From Hypanus sabinus (lineage: Eukaryota): a stretch of DNA of 64,000 nucleotides. Numbering within the stretch: the first letter of the stretch is position 1; the number at the start of each line of letters is the position of its first letter. The DNA is taken from the NCBI RefSeq assembly GCF_030144855.1, contig NC_082717.1, forward strand, positions 5,518,001 to 5,582,000, given 5' to 3'. Shown piece after piece: positions 1-12,969 of this stretch. The position numbers were made by a program, and so were the translations under genes. The notes under the pieces are model-generated. The model searched no databases, had not been told where the DNA came from, and worked only from the letters and a program-made list of their open reading frames with translations.

Positions 1-994
1 TGAATAAGGTAAATTTAACATCTGGAGTGGTTTCAGGACTGCTGGCCATGTTGAAGGATCAGTGGTTAGGTAACAAGGTGCCTGCTAGTCTGTTACAGTT
101 CATTTTGGAATTTAAAGATAAACAACTTGGTGATGTTGTTCAAGTTTGTGGTTTGGAGAGACCATCTGCTGGTGTTATTGTGGAAACAAATAGACTTAAA
201 GATCTTGCAGATACAATTAATGACTTGCTTAAAATTAGTGTTTGGAAGTTCAGCAAATGGGCTTAGTTTGGAAAACATTAGTGATAGGCTAGCACTTGTG
301 CAGGGAGTCTATGAAGGCTTTATCCAAGCTGGTAAACAAGCTGATCACACGAGGGTTAAGTGCTCTGATTCGAAGTGGAAAAGGGACAATGATTGACCAA
401 ACACCACTTTGAATAACAGGATCTGGTTTTGCAGGAATTTGATTTTTTTGTGTGTAACAAAGCGTATGAAAGATAAAGACAATATTATGGTAGATTGATT
501 AAATGTTAAGTTTCAAAGTGAAACATAGATTAGTATTTGTATAAGCTTCTGGAATGGGCTACATGATAATCACACATGTATTAGTTTAAACTCTGTAATA
601 TACACCCAAGCTAAAAATTATTCTACTGTAGAGAAAAAATTACTGTCACTTATTCTGGCATTACGGCATTTTGAGATTTACATTAGTCTGGTACAGAAGC
701 CATTAATAGTTTATACTGATCACAATCCATTGGTATTTTTCACTAATATGAAGGATTAGAATAGACAGTCACTGAGTTGGTGTCTGATGTTACAAGAGTT
801 TGATGTAAAGATACAACATGTAAAGGGGACTGACGATGTAATTGCTGATTGTTTATCTAGGTGTTAGATTTGAAATTATATCTGTGTTACTCTGCGGTTA
901 ATGACTACTTATGTCTTACATTAGACTCTGTGACGTGCATTAATATTGAATTTTTACACCCCCCCCCCCGTAAAAATTCTTTTAAGGATAGGGG
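1..994 (+). mobile_element. Degraded Ty3/Gypsy internal region ending in RNase H (possibly Gmr1-like domain order)
   Basis: 613-867 translates KNYSTVEKKLLSLILALRHFEIY...VYTDHNPLVF...QHVKGTDDVIADCLSRC* (one internal stop). It is followed by a polypurine tract (984-994) and an LTR start. Confidence 0.75.
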
Positions 995-1860
995 TGTGTG
1001 ATGTGTGATGAGCAAACCAGGCTGAGATGGGGTCCAGAGTTGACCCCCCCTGTGAACTATGCTGCTAACAAGAGAGAGAGAGAAGAAGAGGGGGGAGGCA
1101 TCCTACTGCAGATGCTGATAATGAGAGAGAGAGTGATTTAGTATTATGGCTTCTTCGCTAATTGTTTACTTTGCTCCAAGCACACTTTCTTTACCTGCTC
1201 GTGCGAATTCCTGCTGAGACAGCAAGGCAGTACCAGGTGATGGACAGCTGATGGATGGCAGGTACCCCATCAGGTGAGATAAAAAGCAAGTCTGCTGAGA
1301 CACAAGCAGACACACCACGGGACACTGAAAGAGTGTTGTGCACCCATGGGAAGGTGGGGGTTCGGAGGATCGATTCGGCGGGAATCGATCAGGGGCTCAC
1401 AGTGTGTGAAGGCAGACCGGTGGGGGCTTGTGTGTGTATGTCCATCCTCACCTGGGTGACAAGCCTACCACTGAAGAACGGTCGCACCTGATATGGTCAC
1501 AGTTGGCGACCACAACAGGACAAGAAGGCAACGGAAGGTTTGCCTGCAACTGCATCATCTCTTGCTCTCTCTCTCCAACGGTACAACAGCAACAACCTCA
1601 ACTTAAACTAAACTAAACTGAACTGAAATCTGCACTATCATAAGATTATTCATTTACCCCAGACTTCGATAGAGCTTGGTTTTGATTCCTATCTCCACAC
1701 TTCTGTATATATCATTGCTAACCTGTTTTATATACTTGCATTTTTTATAGTACTGTATTACTTAGTTTACAAATAAACACTTTTAGTTACAGTAATACCA
1801 GACTCCAACGTATCATTCCATTGCTGCTGGTTTGGTAACCCAATCACAGGGTACGTGAGA
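995..1860 (+). mobile_element. Probable 3' LTR of the Gypsy element
   Basis: Starts TG directly after the PPT aaggatagggg. Non-coding, with AATAAA near its 3' end. The right boundary is approximate. Confidence 0.6.
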
Positions 1861-2049
1861 CTACGATGCAGTATTCTATCACTCTTTGGCTCACCACCAT
1901 CTGTATGAAACCCTAAATGAACAAAATCAGCACAGACACCAAGTGTAGATAAAGAACTGCCTTCATACAATGTTTTTGACAATTGCATCCTCTAAATCTT
2001 CATATTCATTGTAATATTTAAGATGATTGTCAATACACTCATATTTTTC

Positions 2050-2770
2050 AGAGTTTTTGACTTGCTGAAGGAGTGTGGGAGCTCCTGGAGTCTCCCAGGC
2101 TCCCAGTCGGCCATATCTGCACCTGGTGTGTCGAGCTGCAGCTCCTACGTGACGGAGTTAGGGAACTAGAGATGCAGCTCGATGACCTTCATCTAGTCAG
2201 GGAGAGGAGGTGATAGAAGGGAGTAATAGGGAGGTGGTCACACTGGTGCCACAGGAGACAGACAAGAAGGTCACAGTCAGGAGGGGGAAGGAAAGAGTCA
2301 GGTACTAGAGAGTACCCCAGTGGTTATACCCCTTGACAATAAGTACTCCTGTTTGAGTACTGTTGGGGGGACAGCCTACCTGGGGGAAGCAACAGTCGCC
2401 ATGCCACTGGCACAGAGTTTGTTCCTGTGGCTCAGAAGTGTACGGAAAAGAAGAGGAAAGTAGTAATGATAGGGGACTCAATAGTTATGGGGTCAGACAG
2501 GTGATTCTGTGGATGCAGGAAAGAAACTTGGATGGTAGTTTGCCTCCCAGATGCCTGGGTCCGGGATGTTTAAGATTGCATACAAGATATCCTGCAGTGA
2601 GAGAGAGACCAGCCAGAGGTCATGTTACATATTGGTACCAATGATATAGGTAGGAAAAGGGAAAAGGTCCTGAAAAAAAGACTACAGGAAGTTGGAGGCA
2701 AGTTGAGAAGCAGGACTGCAAAGGTAGTAATCTCGGGATTAGTGCCTGTGCCACATGACAGTGAGTACAT
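2050..2770 (+). mobile_element. CR1 LINE 5' region (ORF1/SGNH esterase remnant)
   Basis: GDS..., VVCLP and HIGTNDIG motifs match those in the near-full-length CR1 at 59-63 kb. Confidence 0.75.
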
Positions 2771-2781
2771 GACATGACATT

Positions 2782-4877
2782 GAGACGACTCTATCACAGG
2801 TTGCCAGTTCATTGGTCAATTCTCGTGTGATACTTCGTTCCCTGTTCCGATTAGAACCATTAGTTCTAAGTTCTGCTCTAGTTTCTAGACTGTCCCTATG
2901 AATCCCATCTTCTTGTCAAGATCCCTTTGGTTTCCTGCTCTACATTCAAGTCTACACTAGCCTCCCCAACTGAGTAGATGTGCCAGTGTCCTGCACTCGG
3001 GTTCTCCTCTGTCGCCCCCGTGTAACAATTCCGCACTCACAAATGTAATGGAGGATCTTCCCAACCCCAAGACCATTCTTCCACCATCCTGTGTAGTGGC
3101 TGCCCTCATCTGGGAGATCAAGTCAAAAGTCAAAGAGGCCCAAAAGACACAACTAAACCCAGGCACCAGATCTCCCAGTCTCCTCTTTGTACCCGATGCT
3201 GTTCGACCACAGGTCCTACAGTGGGGGCACACTTTTCGCTTTGCCTGTCATCCCGGAGTCGATCGGACCCTGACCCTCCTGAAGAGGCATTTCTGCTGGC
3301 CCTCCATGGACATTGACACCCGTTCCTATGTTTCCGCATGTTCCGTCTGCGCCCATGGAAAAGCCTCCCCTCGGCCACCTGCGGGATTACTCCATCCCCT
3401 ACCTGTACCTGGGCGGCCCTGGTCCCACGTCACTTTAGACTTCGTCACCGGTCTATCCCCTTCCTGCGGAAACACAACTGTCCTCACCGTGGTAGACCGA
3501 TTCTCCAAGGCGGTGCATTTTGTGGCTCTCCCTAAACTCCCTTCCTCTCAAGGAACCGCAGATCTTCTAGTCCGCCACGTCTTCCGCCTCCACGGAATCC
3601 CTGCGGACATCCTCTCCAATCAGGGTCCCCAGTTCATCTCCCAGGTATGGAGAGCCTTCTGTGGAGCCCTGGGAGCATCGGCCAGCCTGTCATCCAGCTT
3701 CCACCCCCAGATGAACAGGCAGACGGAATGGGTCAACAAAGACCTGGAGGCGACGTTACATTGCGTAACGGTAAACCACCCATCAACCTGGAGCAACCAT
3801 CTCCCATGGATTGAGTACGCCCACAACTCCCTGTTGAGCTCTGCCATTGAGAGGTCTCTGTTCGAGTGCTCCCTTGGGTACCAACCCCCGCTGTTCCCTG
3901 CTCAGGAAGAAGAGATCGCAGTACCGTTGGTTCGGAACCATGTTGATTGGTGTCGGAAGGTTTGGGAGGAGAATTGCATGGCCCTACTCAAATCAACAAA
4001 CCGAAATAAGAAAAAGGCCGACCGACACCGGACTCCAGCACCAGATTACCAACTGGGGCAGATGGTGTGGCTTTCCGCTAAGGACATCTCACTCAAATGT
4101 GAACCTAGGAAACTCGCACCCACTTCCTGGGACCATTCAAGGTCGAAAGGATTATCTACCCCACAGCGGGTCCACCTCATGCTGCCTAAGACCTTGCGTA
4201 TTCACCCAACCTTCCAGATAAAACCAGTCTCCATCAGTCCTTTGTTTCCCCCAGCTGAGACTCCTCCCTCTGCCCGGCTCATTGACAACCATCCAGCTTA
4301 CACCGTCTGACGACTGCTAGATGTGCGTCATCGGGGCAAGGGCCTCCAATACCTGGTGGACTGGGAGGGGTACGGTCCTGAAGAGCATTCCTGGGTCCCC
4401 CATTCCTTTATTCTAGACCCTTCCCTCATCCAGGACTTACACAGGGACAATCCAGACAGGCCTGGAGGAACACCGGGAGCCTCCCATTGAGGGGGGAGTA
4501 CTGTCATGGTTCCAGTTGGCCTTTCCCCTTTAACACTTCTTTCTCCCTGATCATGCCCCAATTTCAGTCAATTGCTGCTAGTTAAGCAATAAACGTACAA
4601 CTGGCTTTCATCAGAGACTAGGAAATAAATATGAGGACAACTCTATCACAGGTTGCCAGTTTGTTGGTCAATTCTCGTGTGATACTTTGTTCCCTGTTCC
4701 AATTAGAACCGTTAGTTCTAAGTTCCACTCTAGTTTCTAGAGTCCCTGTGAATCCCCTTTCCTTGTCACGATCTCTCTGGTTTCCTGCTGTACGTTCAGG
4801 TCTACGCCAGCCTCCCCAACTGAGTCGACGTGCCAGTGTCCTGCACTTGGGTTCTCCTCCGTCGCCCCCATGTAACA
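2782..4877 (+). mobile_element. Internally deleted chromovirus (Sushi-like Gypsy) with two LTRs
   Basis: Partial 5' LTR 2787-3027 and 3' LTR 4502-4877 (TGT...TGTAACA) are homologous. PPT gaggggggag lies before 4502. Integrase and chromodomain lie between the LTRs; gag, RT and RNase H are missing. Confidence 0.88.
3048..4490 (+). pseudogene. Integrase plus chromodomain remnant
   Basis: ORF 3048-4310 has an H-H-C-C zinc finger and [13 protein letters not shown]...[11 protein letters not shown]. After a TGA at 4308-4310 the same frame continues [30 protein letters not shown] (chromodomain). Confidence 0.88.
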
Positions 4878-6370
4878 CACTGGGTGATTTTTATAGGCTG
4901 CCCAATAGTAACAGGAATATCAAGGAACAGATAGGGAAACAGATCCTGGAAAGTTGTAATAATAGAGTTGTTGTGATGGAAGATCTTAATTTCCCAAATA
5001 TCGATTGGTATCTCCCTACAGCAAGGGGTTTAGATGGGGTGGAGTTTGTTAGGTATGTTCAGGAAGGTTTCTTGACATAGTATGTAGAGAAGCCTACAAG
5101 AGGAGGGAATGTATTTGATCTGGTATTGGGAAATGAGCTTGGTCAGGTGTCAGATCCCACAGTGGGAGAGCATTTTGGAGATAGTGATCATAATTCTATC
5201 TCCTTCATAACAGCATTGGAGAGAGATAGGAACAGACAAGTTAGAAATGTGCTTAATTGGAGAAAGGGGATTTATGGGGCTATCAGGCAGGAAATTGGAA
5301 GCTTAAATTGGGAACAGATGTTCTCAGGGAAAAGAATGGAAGAGATGTGGCAAATATTCAGGGGATATTTATGTAAAGCTTTGCATAGGTACATGCCAAT
5401 GAGACAGGAGTTGTGGTAGGGTACAGGGACAATGGTGTACAAAGGCTGTAATAAATCTAGTCAAGAAAAAAAAAGCTTAAAATGTTCATAGAGTTAGGTA
5501 ATCTTAGGGATCTAAAAGATAATAAGGCTATTAAGACGGAGCTTAGAAAGGAAAACCAGAAGGGGCCAAATGTAGGCCTTTGTGGGCAGGATTAAGGAAA
5601 CCTCAAGGCCTTCTACAAGTATGTGAAGAGCAAGAGGATAAGACGAGAAAAAATAGAACCTATCAAGTGTGACAGTGGGGAAGTGTGTATGGAACTGGAG
5701 GAAATAGCAGGGGTACTTAATGAATACTTTACTTCAGTATTCACTATGGAAAAGGATCTTGGTGATTGTAGTGCAAACATGCAGCAGACTGAAAAGCTTG
5801 GGCATGTAGATATTAAGAAAGAGGATGTGCTGGATCTTTTGGAAAGCATCGTTAGATAAGTCACCAGGACCAGATGAGATGTACCCCAGGCTACTGTGGG
5901 AGGCAAGACAGGAGATTGCTGAGCCTCTGTGATGATCTTTGAATCATCAATGGGGATGGGAGAGGTTCTGGAGGATTGGATGGTTGTGGAAGTTGTTCCT
6001 TTATTCAAGAAAGGAAGTAGAATTAGCCCAGGAAATTATAGACCAGAAAATCTGACTTATGTAGTTGGTAAGTTGATGGAGAAGATCCTGAGAGGTTACT
6101 GCAGGGCATTGATAGGATGCAAAACTAGGCTGAGAAATGGCAGATGGAGTTCAACCCAGATAAGTGTGAAGTGGACCTTGGGGTCTGAGTCTACAGGATG
6201 CTCAAAGCAGCTGCACATTATGACTCTGTGGTTAAGAAGGCATACAGTGTGTTGGCCTTTATCAATCGTGGAATTGAACTTAGGAGCCTAGAGGTAACGT
6301 TGCAGCTATAGAAACTATAGAGAGGGTGCAGAGGAGACTTTCAAGGATGTTGCCTGGATTGGGGAGCTTT
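4878..6370 (+). mobile_element. Degraded CR1 ORF2 fragments
   Basis: DLNFPNIDW, GDSDHNSI, VVPLFKKGSR and KLMEKIL motifs, broken by stops and deletions. Confidence 0.8.
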
Positions 6371-6812
6371 GATAAAAGGTTAATTGTTAAATAAATAGTT
6401 TTTTGGGCTGGCGTTTAGAAGTGTAAACTGATTCTGCATCTCTTATAACTTTAGGTTTTGAATTCCGCAGTTTTGGGGTGTTTGAAGGATGTGGTTTTGA
6501 TTTAAGAGACCCTGGTCTATGACTCTCAACATGGAACAGTTTCTCCTTTTCTCTCCTGTGATAACACACTCCACATTGAAATTTATTTTCAAATATCCAA
6601 CTGGACACACAGAGCAGACGGTCAGTCACCATGTTGGTGCTCCCCAGCCATGAGTTAGGGGCCACAGTGCTCTGGATCGTGTCCCAGTGACGGGGCTCCA
6701 GTATTACACTGTGTGTTCTTTACTACAATGTGCCCAGCCACGGGAAGTGAGTGGTGGTGGAATAACTCCCAATGCAGGGACACACTGCTGAATAAATAGA
6801 ACTTTTACTCAT

Positions 6813-7157
6813 GAGTTATGATGAGCTGGGTGCCGTTCCCATCGATGTCTCCCCACACTCTGCAGTAATAGATGGCAGAATCACTGTGAACCACGTCTGT
6901 GACTGTCAGGGTGAAGCTGCTGTTGGACGTGTCTCTGTAGGGCAGGAACCTCCCAGTGAAACCCCGTCCCCACTCTGGGCTGCCTCCTGCCCTGTGTGTT
7001 AGAACCCACTCCATGTCCTGCCCAGGTAGTTTCTGATACCAGTGGATGTCGGTGTCTTCCAGCCTGGCTTTGCTCATGGTACACCATAACCACGCCGTGT
7101 GACCCTCAGTGACATGCTGTACGCTTGGGGACTGGATAAGGACAGGATCATCTGCAC
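6813..7157 (-). CDS. V1: single-exon VJ-type IgSF domain with a mutated splice donor (secreted form or pseudogene)
   Basis: Acceptor ttctcccttacag; same 345-nt length as V2 and 75/115 aa identical by hand alignment. Ends YYCRVWGDIDGNGTQLIIT. The position equivalent to the donor reads atgagt instead of gtgagt, and the frame reads on as HE then stop (TAA at 6805-6807). Confidence 0.85.
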
Positions 7158-7794
7158 CTGTAAGGGAGAATGTTGTCACTTTTAACCCAGCCTGAGGGGT
7201 GGCTGGATGGAGTTGTTGTGTCGGGAATGTGGGCTTGAACAGTGTTCCTGAGTCACAGAGGTGGAAAGAACAAGCCCCGTCTACAGAATTCCTCTGAAAG
7301 TCGAGGGTAGGAGCCAAATCTCCACTGTACCCTTGTCAAAGCTGAAAGGTCTCTCAACACTTCTGAAAGCCTCTGACTGTCAGAAATTGTTGGAAACTAT
7401 TAATATTCCAAACACTACTTGACAAAACTGAAACTATTTCTACAATTATCGAAATACTTAAAATTGGAACATTTTGCAATAATTTATAACATTACAGAGT
7501 ATGTCCATCATTATAAAATGTTACTTCCCTTATTTGAATTTGACATCTGGTAAAAAAGTCTCACACAGGAAGGAGTGAAATTAGTATCGGTGAAGAAATG
7601 CTGTCTGAGTGGATAATTAATCTAAGATCTGGAAATCCCAAGAACCCGATGATCTTCATTGCAGATGTTGAAAGAGGTGATTCATTTCTTCTGGGCTTTC
7701 AGAGTAAATACAGAGATACACTATGGAATCAATGAAAAACTGCACACAACAAAATGGACAAACAACCAACGTGCAAAAGACAACAAACTGTAAA

Positions 7795-9370
7795 ATCTTG
7801 CTTTAAAATACTATCTCATAAAGTAAATCATACCTTACTCTAAGTACAAGCCTGATCCAATTTTAGAGTCAGAATACCACAAATTATATTACAACTGATC
7901 TGTTATTACAGATTGGATAATCCATAATATCTGTCCAGATATAATATTACATGATGAACAAGCAGGAACAAATTATTTTGTAGATATAGCCACATCAAGC
8001 ACACAGAACCTACAGAAATCAATAAATGAAAAAAGCACCAGAAATATGCTGAAGTTAAAGAGGAATTGAAAGACATTGGAACATAAACAAGGTCCTGAAA
8101 GTATATCTACAACTAGTATCATCCCAAAGGCTCTATGCAACGGCATTAAACAATTAGGGCTATACAGAAATATCTATGTAAATCTTCAGGAAGCCACAAT
8201 ACTAAACACCACTAGAATAGTCAGAAAGTTGTCCAGATTTGTCCAAAAGCAATTGACAAAAGAGAGTGCTTCGTTATGCTCCTATCTATATATGCTCCTA
8301 CCAGCCAGAGCTGAGAAAAATACTACTAATAATAATCATATGAAAGAAAGTGGAGAACAACTGATAATAGATTCTGTAGTTTTGTCTCAAGCCAAAGCAA
8401 CTCTCCTAGTCCACTATGGTTCTATCCAGCTTTATACCCACTCTCTAATATACTGAACCGGACAAAAATTAGGTATCAAATCAGTAACAACAAAATGAGT
8501 TATACTTTAACACACCTTCTATACAGGTATATGATCTGAAATTATACACTTTTTCATCAGTTAAGCTAAAGTTATTAATTTAAATAGTAGAACTATTTTT
8601 GAAAGATATAAACATGATCTTTGGACTGGATAAATGCAGAACATTAAACATAAAGAAAGGTGCTCCAGCTAATAGAATACAAAACAGGGCAGCAGGATAC
8701 AATACAACTGCTGGATAAATATGAAACATATCTGAGATATCAACAAGCAAAAAGTATAGATCATAGTGCGATGAAGGGAAAACTTCTGACAGAACTTACT
8801 TCAAGGCTTAAGAAAATCTGCCAAACTGAGCTGAACATTAAAAATATAACAAAGGCAATGAACACTTCCACTATACTTACAGTAACATATTCTTTTGGTA
8901 TAATATCTTGATCAAAAACCGATCTGAAAAACTTACAAAGAAATACAAGAACTGAAATGACAAAATTAAGAAAACATTATGTACATTCAAAAACGCCTGG
9001 ATTAACACTACCTAGTACAGAAGGACGAAGAGGAATAACAAACATTAAAAATCTATGCAACTGTCAGATAAAACTTTTCTGTATATACTTTCATCAAGTA
9101 AAACACAAGCATATGCAATTCCAGTATTAACTATACTCCACTGAGGAAAATGTAGACATTATCAATATGAAAAAAATGTTAGTCAATGGAAGAACATGAC
9201 CATCCATGGAAGACATCCCCATGATCTGAACAGACAAGATGTTTACAAAGAAATGATGAATGCATGGCTCAGAGTTGAAGACCTTTTCTCAGAAACAGAA
9301 GGGTTCTTCATGGCAATGCAACATCAGGTGGTTAACACAAAAAAATTAGAAAACATAAAGTATAATAATA
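7795..9370 (+). mobile_element. R4/Dong-type non-LTR retrotransposon remnants (restriction-like endonuclease and RT-thumb pieces)
   Basis: ~7900-8240 reads CPDIILHDEQ...VDIA...IIPKALCNGIKQLGL...LQEATILNTTRIV. ~8400-9360 reads LKKICQTELN...LTYSFG...HGRHPHDL...ETEGF. Family assignment is from recalled motifs. Confidence 0.6.
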
Positions 9371-9809
9371 ATAGTGTCACAACCACAGATTTTGGTAGCT
9401 CAGCAGAGTCAGCAATTGTGATCATGAATATGCAAGTGTTGGCTAATTATTAATTCATTGTGATGTTATTTAACTCCATTCTTTTCATCGTAGCACTTGT
9501 CAAGACTTGGGTATAACACAGAAGTGTTATGCTGCCTGCTTGCATTCAGCCTTGCCTGAGAAATTGGACTGTCAAGTCAAACGATGCTGAGAATTTGCAG
9601 TATTCCTTTTATATTTATTTAGTACTTTTAGCTGCAGTGTCTGCATCATTTCATTTTTGAAAGTTTCATTTAATGGCCCTGTTTAGCTTCGCATTTATTG
9701 TTTTCCTTGCACTGTAAACTGTATTCACATTGAAGTCTGTGAATTAATGACCCACTTCAGTGACTCTCTCCCTCTGCCACTGGGCTATACTTGAATGTAG
9801 TAACCAATG

Positions 9810-10720
9810 CAGGATAACAAGCAAGAAAAACTTAGGTTGTGGGAAAAGTTCAGTGAAGGTGCAAGTGAAGTTAACCCCTTTGGTTGAAGAGCCTGATGGT
9901 TGAGGGGTAATGACTATTCCTGAACCTTCTGTATAAATCCTATTGCTCCTGCACCTTCTTCTGCAAGAAGAGAGCATGGCTAGGATGGAGGATGGTGGGG
10001 ACACTTCATATGGATGCTGCTTTTCTGTGACAGCATTTCATGTAGATGTGCTCAATGGTGGAGAGGACTTTACCAGTGATGGACTGGCCAAATACATTAC
10101 TTCTGTAGCCTTTTCCATTGCAGGGTAACGGTGTTCCCAAACCAGGTGGTGGCAACTAGCCAATGTTATTGTCACTGTGCAATTATGGAAGTTTGTTGAA
10201 GTTTCAGATGACATGCCAAATCTGAGCAAATGTTTGCAGAATTTGAGGTTCTTTGTGATGGCACTTACATATTGACCCCAAGGAAGTACCTTGGAAATGA
10301 TGCCAAGAAATTTAATATCACTGACCGTCTCTACCTCTGATCCCATAATGAGGACTGGCTCATGGATCTCCGGGGTCCTCCTTCTGCAGTCAATAATCAG
10401 CTCTTTGGTTTTGATGACATAAAGTGAGAGATTGTTGTGGTGGCACCATTCAGCCAGATTTTCAATCTCCCTCCCATATGCTGATTCATCACCACCTTTT
10501 ATTCCACCAACAACAGTGGTGTTGTCAATTGCAGACCCCAATCAGTTTGGACTGGCAATAATATCGCCTTTACAATCACCATCTGCACATGTGCACTGCA
10601 AGGCTATGTGCTTAGGCCCCTGTTCTACCCACTTTGTACCTCTGATTTTGAGGCGAAGCTCAGCTCCAATGCAATATTTAAAGTTTGCTGAAGATGCCAC
10701 TGTTAGCTGCTTTTTGATAA
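9810..10720 (-). mobile_element. Rex1/Babar LINE fragment
   Basis: TTVVG..GGDESAYGREIENLAEWCHHNNLSL..KTKELIID, homologous to the better-preserved copy at 49.3-50.9 kb. Confidence 0.75.
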
Positions 10721-10799
10721 CAAGGAAAAAAAATAGAGGTCCATGAACAAATACCCATTAGAGAAAGAGGTGGCGAGTATCAGAATCTTTAAATTCCTT

Positions 10800-11830
10800 G
10801 GCATTATCATTTCAGAGCATCCTCTTGTACTTCACATACTTGTAGAAGATCGTGGGGTTTTCCTTAATTCTGCTCACCAAGGCCCTTTCATGGCCCCTTC
10901 TGGCTCTCTTAATTTCCTTCTTAAGCATCTTCCTATTAACCTTATAATCTTCTAGATCTCTAACATTACCTGGCTCTCTGAACCTTTTGTAAGCTTTTGT
11001 TTTCTTCTTGACTAGATTTATTGTAGCCTTTGTACACCACGGTTCCTGTATCCTACCATAAGTTCCCTGTCTCATTGGAACATACCTATACAGAACTCCA
11101 CACAAATATCCCATGAACATCTGCCACATTTCTTCTGTACTTTTCCCTGAGAACATCTGTTCCCAATTTAAGCTTCCAATTCCCTGCCTGATAGCCTCAT
11201 AATTCACCTTACTCCAGTTGAATGCTTTTCTAACTTGTCAGTTCCTATCTCTCTCCAATGCTATTGTAAAGAAGATGGAATTATGATCACTATCTCCAAA
11301 ATGCTCTCCCACAGAGAGATCTGACACCTGACTAGGTTCATTTCCCAATACCAGATCAAGTACAGTCTCTACATATTGTGTCAAGAAACATTCCTGAACA
11401 CACCTAACAAACTCCACCCCATCTAAACCCCTTTACTCTTGGGAGATGCCAATCAATAGAAAATTAAAATCTCCCATCACAACAACTCTGTTATTATTAC
11501 AACTTTCCAGTATGTTTCCCTTTTTGTCTCCTCGATATCCCTGTTACTATTGGGTGGACAATAAATACACCCAGTAAAGTTATTGACCCCTTCCTGTTCC
11601 TAACCTCCACCCACAGAGACTCCATAGACCATCCCTCCATGACGTCCACCTTTTCTGCAGCAGTGACACTATCTCTGATCAACAGTGCCATGCTCCCACC
11701 TCTTTTGCCTTCAGTCTCACAGCCTGAGGGAAGAGGCTGTTCCCCAGTCTGGCAGTCCATGTCTGTGGGATGGGTGGTACGGATCCTCAAACGTACTTCA
11801 GGCCCTTCGTCTAAACACGCCCGGTAAATG
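10800..11830 (-). mobile_element. Degraded CR1 fragment
   Basis: ESLWVEVRNRKGSITLLGV and KARRGHERALVSRIKENP motifs. Confidence 0.75.
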
Positions 11831-12969
11831 TCACAAAAATGGGGAGGAGGGAGACCCCATTGATCATCTCAGTGGTTTTTACTCTCCTTTGCAGGGTCTT
11901 GCAGATTCGAGCCACACACTGATACAACAAGATGGCTAATCGAAGCCAGTATTACATCATAAAATATAGGAGCAGTGTTAGGCTATCTGGCCCATCAAGT
12001 CTGCTCCGACATTTCTGCATGGCTGATCCAATTTTCCCCTCAGCTCCAACCTCCAGCCTTCTCCCTGTATCCCTTCATGCACTAACCAGTCAAAAATCTA
12101 TCCACATCTGCCTTAAAGATACATGAAGACTGGGCTTTCCCAGCTGCCTGTGGCAAAGAGTTCCACAGATTCACCATTCTCTGGAAAAAGACATTTCCCC
12201 TCTTCACCAATCTAAAGGGATGGCCCTGTATTCTGAGGCTGTATCCTCTGGTCTTGAACTCTCCCACCACAGGAAACATCCTCCCCACATCCACTCTATC
12301 AAAGCCTTTCACCACACATCAGGTTTCAATGAGGTCACCTCTCATTCTTCTGAATTTTAGTGAATACAAGCCCAGAGCCAAGAAACGGTCTTCATGTGAC
12401 AAGCCATTTAATCCTGGGATCATTTTAATGAACTTCCCTTTTTACCCTCTCCAGTTTCAGCACATCCTTCCAAAGGGAATAAAATTGCACGTAATACTCC
12501 AAGTGAGGCTTTAAACAATATAAAACAGAGATGCAAAGAATTTCTGTTGCCAGTGGGTGGTGAATTTGTGGAATTTGTTACCACAAGCAGCTGTGGAGGC
12601 CAGGTTGTTGGGTGTATTTAAGACAGCTTGATATTTTCTTGATTGGATATGGCATCACAGGTTATGGGGAGAAGGCCAGGAAATGATGCTGACGAGGGGA
12701 GAAAAGGAGCAGCCATGATTGAATGACAGAGCAGACTTGATGGGACAAATGACCAAATGCTGCTCTTACGATTTAGGGTCTAACTTTAATGCTTTTAAAT
12801 CCAACAAAAGCTATTTCTGTGCAGTACAATTCATAATGCTAAGCAAAATGCTCCCATTTGCATTATATAGTGTGGCTAAAACAATTTACAAATTTAGTAT
12901 TTGAATCATAACCTTTTATACATAGGTACAAAAAAATTTTTTAAGGTAATTGACGTTTTCCCCTTAAAG

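Noticed and set aside
6663-6713. Perfect RSS-like heptamers CACAGTG (6663) and CACTGTG (6707) just downstream of V1
   Set aside because: Neither has a nonamer at 12 or 23 nt spacing, and V1 already contains its J strand.
9463-9510. Signal-peptide-like MLFNSILFIVALVKTW followed by gt
   Set aside because: The donor is weak and phase 0, incompatible with the phase-1 V2 exon, and the ORF is not preserved in the 52 kb paralogue.
12856-12869. Octamer ATTTGCAT followed by TATATA upstream of V2
   Set aside because: It is only ~100 nt from the V2 acceptor with no ATG or leader in between, and several chance octamers are expected in 64 kb.
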